Positions 27,728 to 35,605 of a stretch of DNA of 35,605 nucleotides are shown here, in pieces. A program made the position numbers and the translations under genes. The stretch's first letter is position 1, and each line of letters begins with the position of its first letter. A model generated the notes under the pieces. That model was given only the letters and a program-made list of their open reading frames with translations. It did no database searches and had not been told where the DNA came from. Source of the DNA: Sandaracinaceae bacterium (GTDB taxonomy: Bacteria; Myxococcota_A; Polyangia; Polyangiales; Sandaracinaceae); NCBI GenBank assembly GCA_044220955.1, contig JBGAQA010000055.1, forward strand, positions 9,332 to 44,936. Direction: 5' to 3'.

Positions 27728-29527
27728 GTGGCGGCGATCGACGTCCGGGATCTCGAGCGGCGCGCGCAGCGCGCGATCCAGGCGCGTAGCTACGACGAGG
27801 CGCTCACGACGCTCTGGGTGCTCGTCGATCGGCCTCAGCTCGAGAGCGAGTCGTTCCGCCACCACGTTCGGATGCTCGCGGCGTGCTTCAAGGAGACGGG
27901 GCGCACGCGCGCCTTGGTCGCGGCCCAGCTCTTCCTCGGCGACGTGGGGCTCGCGCGGAGCACCGCGCCGGTACCGCTCGACCGCGCACGCATCGCCGCG
28001 CACGAGGGACAGCACGCGGCGGCCGCGCGTCACTTCGAGGAGGCCGGCTGGCTCGGGCACGCGGCGATCGCGCTCGAGGAGGCCAAGAACGACACGGGCG
28101 CGCGCATCCTCTGGGAGCGCCTCGGTGCCGACCCGCGCCTCTCGAGCGACCCCTACACGCGCGGGCTCGTTCGCTTCAACCACGGTCGCGTGTGCTTGCG
28201 GCTCGGCGATCGGGGCGCCGGGCGCAAGTCCGTGGTCGAGGCGATGCACCTGCTCACGGCGGCGGCGGACGGCTTCGAGGCGCGCGGGCTGCGCGAGCGC
28301 GCGTTCGACTGCTACGGCGTGCTCCTGACGATCGGCCGCGAGGGCAGCTTCGAGAACCTCGCCGAGGGCTACCTCAACTGCATCCGCATCCTGCGTGAGG
28401 ACGGCCTGAAGAACTACGTCGTGCAGTACTACGACGACTTCGGCGAGCTCGCGGTGCAGCGCAAGGAGCTCCACGCTGCGGCGACGCTCTTCCGCGAGGC
28501 TGCGGACTACGCGCGCCGCCAGTCGCTGCCTTACGTCCGCCACTACCGCAAGCGCAGCGCCGAGGCGCACATCTCGGCGGGGGAGCAGGGCCTCTCGGCA
28601 GGTGGGCCGCCCGAGATGGCGGAGAACGCGTTCGCCGCGGCGATCGACGCGTACAACGAGCTCGGCCTCTACTCGAAGGTGCAGGCGACCTACGCACGCA
28701 TGGCCGCGCTCGACCTCGGCGACAAGCGACGCGAGCGGTACACGCGCCTCTGCGCGCGGCTGCGCGGGCTCCGAGACGACGATGCGGCCTCGCCGGGCTT
28801 CCCCGACTACCTGAGGGCCGACGTGCCGTACCCGGAGATCTGGCGGCTCGACGTGCTCGAGTGGGAGCAGGGCGGCGACCCTGCCGAGACGATGGCGGAC
28901 CTCGTGACGGACGCGCGCGTGCCGGACTCGGTGCGACGGCGCGCGCTCGTGGTGCGGCTCTTCCAGCTCGGGACGCCCGAGGGGCACCTCTGGCCGCCGC
29001 GCCTCTCGGCGTCGCACTGGGTGGCCCTCGCGGCGCAGCTGGCGCGAGTGGAGACGTACGCCGTGCTCGCGCCGCTCGAGAGGCTCCTCGAGCACGACCA
29101 GCCTGCGGTGCGCGCGGCGGTGCTCAACGCGGTGCGCACGCTCTTCTTCAAGCGCTCGTTCGTCGCCATCCGGCGGGGCCTCGCCGATCCCGCGCCGGAG
29201 GTGCGCGCGGCCGCGATCGCCGCGGTGCAGGCTCTGCACTTCGGTCACGTCTTCGATCCGCTCCAGCGCATCTACCGCGAGGCCGAGGACGCCGACGTGC
29301 GCCGGGCGGCGCTCCACTCGCTCGGTCAGATCGCCAGCGTCGAAGCGATCGAGGTGCTGATCGACGTGCTGCGCACCGGCGTGCCGGCGGAGCGCACCAT
29401 CGCGCGCGAGTGCCTGGTGCGGGCCGAGCACGCCGAAGCCAGCGGAATCCTGCGGCGTGCCGCCGCGGACGAGACCGGCCAGGCCCGCGAGGAGCTCGAG
29501 CGCATCGTCCGAGCCCGCGGGGCTTGA
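27728..29527 (+). CDS. TPR/SNAP-like helical repeat protein with C-terminal HEAT repeats
   Basis: AA..F.EA / A...Y.ELG helical repeats; D.PAVRAA, D.APEVRAAA and DADVRRAA HEAT units; GGAGG at 27714-27718. Confidence 0.75.
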   Translation: MAAIDVRDLERRAQRAIQARSYDEALTTLWVLVDRPQLESESFRHHVRMLAACFKETGRTRALVAAQLFLGDVGLARSTAPVPLDRARIAAHEGQHAAAARHFEEAGWLGHAAIALEEAKNDTGARILWERLGADPRLSSDPYTRGLVRFNHGRVCLRLGDRGAGRKSVVEAMHLLTAAADGFEARGLRERAFDCYGVLLTIGREGSFENLAEGYLNCIRILREDGLKNYVVQYYDDFGELAVQRKELHAAATLFREAADYARRQSLPYVRHYRKRSAEAHISAGEQGLSAGGPPEMAENAFAAAIDAYNELGLYSKVQATYARMAALDLGDKRRERYTRLCARLRGLRDDDAASPGFPDYLRADVPYPEIWRLDVLEWEQGGDPAETMADLVTDARVPDSVRRRALVVRLFQLGTPEGHLWPPRLSASHWVALAAQLARVETYAVLAPLERLLEHDQPAVRAAVLNAVRTLFFKRSFVAIRRGLADPAPEVRAAAIAAVQALHFGHVFDPLQRIYREAEDADVRRAALHSLGQIASVEAIEVLIDVLRTGVPAERTIARECLVRAEHAEASGILRRAAADETGQAREELERIVRARGA

Positions 29528-29528
29528 G

Positions 29529-29627
29529 CCCTCACGCTGACCCTCTCCCACTGCGTGGGCGAGGGAACATCGAGACGTACGTTGGATCTCCCTCGCCCCG
29601 GAACGGGGAGGGGGTTGGGGTGAGGGG
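29529..29627. repeat. Inverted REP-like doublet (CCCTCAC..CCCTCTCCC..GGGCGAGGG family), probable bidirectional terminator
   Basis: Left arm 29529-29566 and right arm 29589-29627 are imperfect inverted copies, each with an internal hairpin; lies between convergent genes. Confidence 0.8.
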
Positions 29628-29629
29628 CA

Positions 29630-31183
29630 TCACTCCAGCGGCCGTGGCGCGAACCGGAACGCGCTCGTGGGCAGCGGGGCGCCGTAGGTGCGGAGCTGGT
29701 GCGCGCGCGTGATCGCGGCGGCGCCCTCGAGCAGGTTCTTCGCGATCTGGACGACCGTGCGCGCCTCGGGCGCCTCGAGGAAGCTGCCCTTCACCCAGTC
29801 GTTGAACGCGCCCATCGCCGGGCCGCACCACACCTGGTAGTCGAGCTTGCGCGCCGGGTCGCCCACGATCGCCCAGCGCGACGAGAGGCCGAGGTACCAG
29901 CGGAAGCAGAGCGCCATCCTGTGCTTCGGCGAGGCCGACGCCTTCTCGAGCTCGTGCGGGTCGCGCTTGCTCCAGAAGCTCTGCGTCTCGGCCCACACGC
30001 TCTCGACGCTCTGGCCGAGCACCTCTTTCTCGAGGCGCGCGCGCACGTCCGCCGGGATCGACTCGAGCCCCTCGTGCGCGACGTACACGTCGTAGAGGCG
30101 CTGCGCGCGCGGCGCGAACATCGTGCCGCGCTTGAGCACCTGCACCTTCACGCCCAGCTCGAACATGTCGGCGGCAGGGGCCATCACCACGTCGGCCATC
30201 CCCGCCGTCGCGAGCATCTTCTTGCCTTCGGCGCTGAGCCCCGACTCGATCGCCGACTGGTTCACCGACCCGGTCAGCACGTAGCTCGCCCCGAGCGCGA
30301 ATGCGCCCGCGACCGACGCCGGCGCGCCGAGCCCGCCGCCAGCGCCCACGCGGATCGGGACGGCGTACCCGTGCTTGGCGCCCAGCTCGTCGCGCAGCCC
30401 GAGCAGGATCGGCAGCACCACGCCGAGCGGCCGGTTGTCGGTGTGGCCGCCCGAGTCGGCCTCCATCGTGACGTCCTCGGCGATCGGCACGTGCGCCGCG
30501 AGCCGCGCCTCGTCGGCAGTGACCAGCCCCTGCCGCACGAGCTGCTCGAGCATCGCCGCGGGCGCCGGCGACATGAAGTGCCGCGCCACCTCCGGCCGGC
30601 TCACCTTCGCCATCACGTGCCGCTCGCGCACGATCGAGCCGTCGCTCGCCTGCGTCAGACCGGCGACCGCGTAGCGCACGATCGAGGGCGTGAGCCCCAT
30701 GAACGCCGAGGCCTCGACGCGCCGCACGCCACGCCGGATCAGCATGTCGGCGACCGCCGCCTCGAGCGCCGGCTCGTTGGGCGAGTGGATCAGGTTCACG
30801 CCCCAGGTGCGCTCCGGCCCGAGCTCGCGCATCAGCTCGTCCACGGCCGCCTCGACGCGCTCGCGCCCGAGCCCCGCCGCGCCGAAGAAGCCGAGCATCT
30901 CCGCTCGCGCCATCTCGATCACGATCCGGGTCGTGGCGATCCCGTTGGCCATGGCCCCGGTCGCGTAGGGGAAGCGCACGCGGTGCGTCTCCGCGAACGT
31001 CCGGTCGCCCAGCCACTCGGGGTAGAGCGGCGGCAGGGTCGCCAGCACCTCCGTGCCGCCCGGGTCGCCGATCGCCGCCCCGACCACGCCCGTCGCGGGA
31101 TCGCGCACCACGTGGGTGGTCTCGCGGAAGCGCTCGACCACCCGCGCCAGACCGTCCGGGGAAAACGCTACTTCTCCGCTCAT
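29630..31183 (-). CDS. pfaD: PfaD-family FMN-dependent enoyl reductase (PUFA/polyketide synthesis)
   Basis: GAMANGIA, WGVNLIHSP, VEASAFM, AKVSRPEVA, EADSGGHTDNRP, TGSVNQ, APAADMFELGVKVQVLKRGT and DYQVWCGPAMGAFN motifs. Start set at ATG 31183. Confidence 0.93.
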   Translation of the reverse strand: MSGEVAFSPDGLARVVERFRETTHVVRDPATGVVGAAIGDPGGTEVLATLPPLYPEWLGDRTFAETHRVRFPYATGAMANGIATTRIVIEMARAEMLGFFGAAGLGRERVEAAVDELMRELGPERTWGVNLIHSPNEPALEAAVADMLIRRGVRRVEASAFMGLTPSIVRYAVAGLTQASDGSIVRERHVMAKVSRPEVARHFMSPAPAAMLEQLVRQGLVTADEARLAAHVPIAEDVTMEADSGGHTDNRPLGVVLPILLGLRDELGAKHGYAVPIRVGAGGGLGAPASVAGAFALGASYVLTGSVNQSAIESGLSAEGKKMLATAGMADVVMAPAADMFELGVKVQVLKRGTMFAPRAQRLYDVYVAHEGLESIPADVRARLEKEVLGQSVESVWAETQSFWSKRDPHELEKASASPKHRMALCFRWYLGLSSRWAIVGDPARKLDYQVWCGPAMGAFNDWVKGSFLEAPEARTVVQIAKNLLEGAAAITRAHQLRTYGAPLPTSAFRFAPRPLE

Positions 31184-31241
31184 GGGGGCGCGAGCGTGGC
31201 ACTTTTCAAATCGGGCGGCGAGCCGGTATTCTCCCCGCGAC

Positions 31242-32987
31242 ATGAAGCGTTCATTCGGCGTTCTTGCTGCCTTCCTGCTGGGCGCCCTCGCGCTCGTGCC
31301 CGTCCGCGCTGCGGCGCAGGGACGGCCGCTGCAGCAGGTGCTCGACCTGAACCGTCAGGCGATGGACGCCTACAACAACCTCGAGATCGAGCAGGCGCAG
31401 GGCCTCTTGCAGCAGGCGCTCGACGCTGCCACGCGCGGCCACGTGACGGGCTCGCCCCTCGCGCGCACCTACGTGAACCTGGGCATCGTCGCCATCGCCG
31501 GCCTCGGCGACAACGGCGCAGGCCTCAACTACTTCGTGCAGGCCCTCCAGGCCGACGGAAGCGCTGCGCTCGACCCGCTGCTCTCCACGCCGGACATCGA
31601 GCTGATCTGGACGCAGGCCCACGCCCGCGTCGGTTCGGGCGGCACGGGCCCGGTGCAGATCGAGCCGCCGCCGGACACGAGCGGCGGCGCCGTCGGCGAC
31701 CTCACCCACGTGCCGGTCCCCGAGCAGCTCCGGCAGACGCCGGTGCCGGTCTACGTCGAGGTCCCCGGGCGCCCCGCGCACGTGTACCTCTACTACCGGG
31801 GCCACGGCATGCGCGACTTCGAGCGCGCCGAGATGGAGCACGTCGGGCGCGGCTTCGGCTACGAGATCCCCTGCGGCGACGTGTTCGAGCCGGAGGTGAA
31901 CTACTACATCGCGGTCTTCGACAGCTCGGGCAGCCCGATCAGCTTCGCGGGCTCGCAGACCTCGCCGATCGCCGTCCCGATCGTCGCGACGCGCTCGACG
32001 AGCGCTCCGGCGCTACCGGGCCGCGCGCCGCCGACGCAGTGCACCTCGATGGAGGAAGAGTGCCCGCCCGGCATGAGCGGCTGCCACCAGGCGGCGGGCA
32101 CGCGCGGCCTCGGCGACTCGTGCAGCTCCGACGCGGAGTGCTCCAGCGGCAACTGCGAGGACGACCTCTGCGCGCTCGGTGACGGCGGCGGCGGCGGGGG
32201 CGGCGGCGGTGGGGGCGGCGGCGGCGGCGGCGAGGACAACGGCGCGCCGCGGTTCTTCGCGCGCGTGAGCGCGGGCCTCGGCGCCAGCTACGTGAACAGC
32301 GGCATGCCCACCGATCGCAACGTCTGCAACGAGGACGCCCCGGAGGGAGCGATCGGTGACTGCGCGCTCGTCGACAACCCGCAGCCGGTGCCCGGCGCGG
32401 AATTCGCGAACTTCACCACCTTCGACCAGGCGGGCATGCCGGGCGTCTCGCGGCTCTATGGCTACGACGACACGGGCATCCTCGCGGACACCGGCGCGCT
32501 CAGCGCGGATCAAGCGCAGACGTGCCCGTTCACGGACAGGCACTGCTTCTACGTCGAGGCACCCGGCTTCGTCGCCAACTTCGGTCTGCGCCTGGACATC
32601 GGCTACTACATCGTGCCGCGCTGGTTCGCGGTCGCCGCGATGTTCCGCTTCCAGCCCCTCTCGGGCACCGGGACGCTCTCGTTCATGCAGATCGGCCTCC
32701 GCGTCGAGACCGAGCTGACCGAGCCGCAGCCGACCGGCTTCCACGTGCACCTGCACCTCGGCTTCGTCGCGTACGGTCAGATCCAGGTCTACCTCCCGCG
32801 CGCGGCCGACCGGAACCCGTACGCACCCTGGGGCGCGAGCGGCTACCAGGGGATCGACTTCGGCTCGACCATCGGCTACCGGTTCATGCCGAACTTCGGC
32901 ATCCACCTGCAGCCGGTGCTCGTGTTCAACTTCCCGACGTTCCTCTTCACGCTCGACGTGATGGCCGGCTTCGAGGTCGGGTTCTAG
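31242..32987 (+). CDS. Secreted TPR-like protein with Ig-like domain, Cys-rich linker, poly-Gly and probable C-terminal outer-membrane beta-barrel
   Basis: Signal peptide; ARTYVNLGIV TPR-like helix; CSSDAECSSGNC; (GGC)n tract; alternating beta strands ending GFEVGF. Confidence 0.75.
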   Translation: MKRSFGVLAAFLLGALALVPVRAAAQGRPLQQVLDLNRQAMDAYNNLEIEQAQGLLQQALDAATRGHVTGSPLARTYVNLGIVAIAGLGDNGAGLNYFVQALQADGSAALDPLLSTPDIELIWTQAHARVGSGGTGPVQIEPPPDTSGGAVGDLTHVPVPEQLRQTPVPVYVEVPGRPAHVYLYYRGHGMRDFERAEMEHVGRGFGYEIPCGDVFEPEVNYYIAVFDSSGSPISFAGSQTSPIAVPIVATRSTSAPALPGRAPPTQCTSMEEECPPGMSGCHQAAGTRGLGDSCSSDAECSSGNCEDDLCALGDGGGGGGGGGGGGGGGGEDNGAPRFFARVSAGLGASYVNSGMPTDRNVCNEDAPEGAIGDCALVDNPQPVPGAEFANFTTFDQAGMPGVSRLYGYDDTGILADTGALSADQAQTCPFTDRHCFYVEAPGFVANFGLRLDIGYYIVPRWFAVAAMFRFQPLSGTGTLSFMQIGLRVETELTEPQPTGFHVHLHLGFVAYGQIQVYLPRAADRNPYAPWGASGYQGIDFGSTIGYRFMPNFGIHLQPVLVFNFPTFLFTLDVMAGFEVGF

Positions 32988-32993
32988 TCTTCC

Positions 32994-33046
32994 GGGGGCC
33001 GAAACGCGGCCCCCTCCATCCGGCGGAGCCGGATGGAGCCTCCCCC
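32994..33046. repeat. REP-like double hairpin / possible terminator
   Basis: GGGGGCCG-AAACG-CGGCCCCC followed by CTCCATCCGGC-GGA-GCCGGATGGAG, then a pyrimidine-rich CGCT-repeat tract to about 33120. Confidence 0.7.
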
Positions 33047-33220
33047 TCGTTCCGCTTCCTCGCTGCGCTCGCTACGTCCGCTACGTCGCTGCGCTCCTCC
33101 GCTTCCTCCGCTCCCTCCACTCGGCGCGAGCGATGACGCATCTCGCATGCAGCTCCCGGATCGTCGCCGGCCCTCTTCTTCCCGCCCCAGCGCCGCGCGC
33201 GGGGCCTCCGTCGGCGCCTC

Positions 33221-34174
33221 GTGAGTGCGCGCGTCCGCCCGCTCTCGGTGCGGCCGGGCGCCCGCTACGCCTGCGCGGGCGACGGGCTCTGCTGCACCGA
33301 CGTGCACCTGCTCGGCCCGGTCGCGAGGGCCGAGCGCGCGCCGATCGAGGCAGTGCGTCCGGGGTCGATCGTGCGTGGCCGTCACCTCGCGGTGCTCGCG
33401 CCGCGGGCGGACGGCGGGTGCACCTTCCTCTCGCGCGAGGGGCGCTGCGAGATCCACGACGCGCGGCTCCAGCCACGCAGCTGCGCGCGCTACCCGTTCC
33501 TGCTCGCGGCGACGCCTTCGGGTGGGCGCATCGGGACGGACCACCGCTGCCCGTGCCGTACGATGGGCGAGCGCCCGCTGCTCCGGGTCGAGGACGCGCT
33601 GCCCTCCTTGCTGGACCGGCGCGGCAGGCTCTCGGCGGACCGGCGCATCGAGGGGCGCATCGCGCTCGCGCGCGGCCGCCGCGTGTCGTTCGCGCGCTAC
33701 GAGGCGATCGAGGCCGAGCGTCTCGGGTGGATCGGGGAGGGCGCGGGGCTGCGGGCGCGACGATGGCGCGCGCTCGTGACGCGCATGGACGCGATCGCGG
33801 AGGCACCGACGCGCTGGGGCGCGATGCACGCCGCCTTCGCGCGCGGGCTCGAGGCGGCGGCGACGAAGGGCGCGGTGCGAAGCTTCGCGCGCCCGTGGGC
33901 GGAGAGCTTCGCGCGTGCCGAGCGGCGAGCGAGCGTCGTGCAGGACCCGGAGGCCATGCTCGCCGACTGGGCGGCCGACGTGATCTGGGCGCTCGAGTGG
34001 ACCTTCGCCCTCACCCTCGAGCAGGCCGAGCGCGAGCTCGCGTGGCGCGCGCGCATCGCACGGACGCTCGCGGGCTCGATCGACGCGCGCGCCGACGCGG
34101 CGATGGCCGAGGCGATCGCGATCGTCGAGGTCGCGGGGCTCTCGGAGGAGTGGGTGACGTTCGCTGCGGAGTGA
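33221..34174 (+). CDS. YkgJ-family (CxxCxxCC-type) cysteine-cluster protein
   Basis: YACAGDGLCC, CTFLSREGRCEIH, PRSCARYPF and CPC. Confidence 0.8.
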   Translation: MSARVRPLSVRPGARYACAGDGLCCTDVHLLGPVARAERAPIEAVRPGSIVRGRHLAVLAPRADGGCTFLSREGRCEIHDARLQPRSCARYPFLLAATPSGGRIGTDHRCPCRTMGERPLLRVEDALPSLLDRRGRLSADRRIEGRIALARGRRVSFARYEAIEAERLGWIGEGAGLRARRWRALVTRMDAIAEAPTRWGAMHAAFARGLEAAATKGAVRSFARPWAESFARAERRASVVQDPEAMLADWAADVIWALEWTFALTLEQAERELAWRARIARTLAGSIDARADAAMAEAIAIVEVAGLSEEWVTFAAE

Positions 34175-34336
34175 GCCCTCGCCCTCGCTCTCGCTCTCGC
34201 TCTCGCCCTCGCCCTCGCTCTCGCTCTCGCTCTCGCCCTCGCTCTCGCTCTCGCCCTCGCTCTCGCTCTCGCTCTCGCCCTCGCTCTCGCTCTCGCCCTC
34301 GCTCTCGCCCTCGCTCTCGCTCTCGCCCTCGCCCTC
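34175..34336 (+). repeat. 27 x GCYCTC hexanucleotide microsatellite
   Basis: Uninterrupted gccctc/gctctc units fill the intergenic space. Confidence 0.97.
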
Positions 34337-34340
34337 GGCT

Positions 34341-35605
34341 ATGGTCCGCGCCGTGTTTCCGGAGCGGCCGCGTCCTTCGCCCGTGCTCGCGATCGGGCTG
34401 CTCGGGGCGGTCATGGCCTTCGCGGCGATCCTGCCCGGCCTGCACGCGAACACCTGGCTCTTCCGCGACGGGCGCTTCTACACGAACGTCGCCGTCACGC
34501 TGACCGAGCGGCTCTCGCTCGAGCAGAGCGAGTTCTGCGCGAGCTGGTACGACGGCACGCTCGGCTGGAACCGCGACCTCGATCCGGGGTGGAGCAACGT
34601 CGCGCTCGGGCGCAACGACGAGCACTGGCCGAAGCACAACTGGCTGCTGCCCCTCGCGGCGAGCCCGCTGGTGTTCGCGTTCGGCCTCGCCGGTACGCTC
34701 GTGTTCAACCTGCTCGGGCTGGGCGTCGTGACGGCGGGCCTCTTCCGGTTCGCGCGCGCGTTCACCTCGCCACCGGCGGCCGCGTGCGCGGCGATCGCGT
34801 TCGTGTTCGGCTCCGCGATCGTCGGCCAGAACGCGTACGACTTCTCCACCGACGTCTTCTTGCTCGCGTGCTTCTCGCAGGGCCTGGCTGCCGTCACCGA
34901 GAAGCGCGGTGTGCGCGCGGGCGTGCTCTTCGGGATGGCCGTCGTCGTCCGTCCGACGACGCTCGCGTTCCTCCTGCCGCTCGGCCTGCTCGCCTGGACG
35001 CACGCCGGGAAGAAGCCGCTCGGTCACGCCGTCGGCGGCGGCGCCGTGGTGCTCGCGCTCGCCGGCGCCGTGAACACGTACCTCTTCGGCGCGCCCTGGA
35101 TCACCGGCTACCAGCGCACGCTCGTCGTGGTCGGGGGCCACCCGCAGGCCTCGTCGCACGTCGACCTCTTCTCCGTCCCCTTCGAGCAGGGTCTGCACAA
35201 CCTCTGGGAGGGCGAGTACGGCCTGCGGCAGGCGTTCACGATCCTCGCGCTTGCCCTCCCGGGCGTCTTCGCGCTCGCGCGGCGCGCGAAGGTGCTCACG
35301 CTCGCCTCGCTCGTCGCGCTCACCCTCTCGATCGAGATCTTCGCGCGCTACGCGTACGAGGGACACCGCTTCCACTGGGCGGCGCTCTCGTTCTTCGTGC
35401 CCGCCCTCGCGGCTTCCGTCGACCTCCTCTTCCGGCTCGCGCGACGCGTCCTGCGTGCGCGGGGCGGGCTCGATCGTCGCGCGCGGAGCGCCTCGCTGGT
35501 GGCCGCCATCGCGGCCATCGCGGTCTGGTGCGCCGAGCTGCCCTTCGGCTTCCCGGAGTCGCGGCTGGGCCCAGGCCCGATCGCTGGCTGGCTGCGCGAC
35601 ACGCT
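34341..35605 (+). CDS. Polytopic membrane protein, GT-C fold glycosyltransferase-like (ArnT/PMT type); runs off the window end
   Basis: Own translation (not in the ORF track, no stop in window): MVRAVFP..FRDGRFY..WPKH..P..many TM helices..STD..GMAVVVRP..N...FG.PW.TGY..RF. Confidence 0.7.
   Translation, partial: MVRAVFPERPRPSPVLAIGLLGAVMAFAAILPGLHANTWLFRDGRFYTNVAVTLTERLSLEQSEFCASWYDGTLGWNRDLDPGWSNVALGRNDEHWPKHNWLLPLAASPLVFAFGLAGTLVFNLLGLGVVTAGLFRFARAFTSPPAAACAAIAFVFGSAIVGQNAYDFSTDVFLLACFSQGLAAVTEKRGVRAGVLFGMAVVVRPTTLAFLLPLGLLAWTHAGKKPLGHAVGGGAVVLALAGAVNTYLFGAPWITGYQRTLVVVGGHPQASSHVDLFSVPFEQGLHNLWEGEYGLRQAFTILALALPGVFALARRAKVLTLASLVALTLSIEIFARYAYEGHRFHWAALSFFVPALAASVDLLFRLARRVLRARGGLDRRARSASLVAAIAAIAVWCAELPFGFPESRLGPGPIAGWLRDT

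Noticed and set aside
21924..29527. HEAT-repeat proteins as CpcE/F-type bilin lyases for the biliprotein
   Set aside because: They are far larger than CpcE/F, carry other domains, and group with a vWA gene; HEAT repeats alone are non-specific.
34011..35375. Minus-strand ORFs with ER/GR or ES/EG dipeptide repeats (also 32984..34453)
   Set aside because: These are translations of the microsatellite, antisense to better-supported plus-strand genes.

Overview
Very GC-rich bacterial DNA whose gene repertoire (MYXO-CTERM matrixin, Cys-rich lipoproteins, Hanks kinase, PfaD) points to Myxococcota, probably Polyangiales/Sandaracinaceae-like (inference). About 26 genes are supported. Left part: degenerate cysteine-dioxygenase-like cupin, prmA-rsmE, secreted proteins, matrixin pair, dus, a Ser/Thr kinase-receiver fusion divergent from an Hpt-containing hybrid kinase, and a phospholipase C/phosphoesterase. 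The most notable locus (12.2-19.1 kb) is a candidate bilin + B12 light/redox-sensing system in an apparently non-photosynthetic bacterium. It comprises a heme oxygenase, a protein with two tandem phycobiliprotein-like globin domains (each keeping the C-x-x-D bilin-attachment motif) fused to a CarH-type cobalamin-binding module, a divergent PcyA-like bilin reductase lacking the canonical His88/Glu76 equivalents, a PAS-like histidine kinase, and a receiver-pseudokinase. A second candidate system (21.9-29.5 kb) combines a HEAT-repeat protein ending in a HEPN-like Rx4H motif, a vWA protein and a TPR/HEAT protein. Also present: an orphan pfaD, a YkgJ-type Cys-cluster protein, a GT-C-like membrane protein truncated by the window end, several REP-like hairpin elements with GNA triloops, and tandem-repeat tracts. 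No rRNA, tRNA, CRISPR array or transposase was seen. All family calls come from reading motifs by eye, not from database searches.
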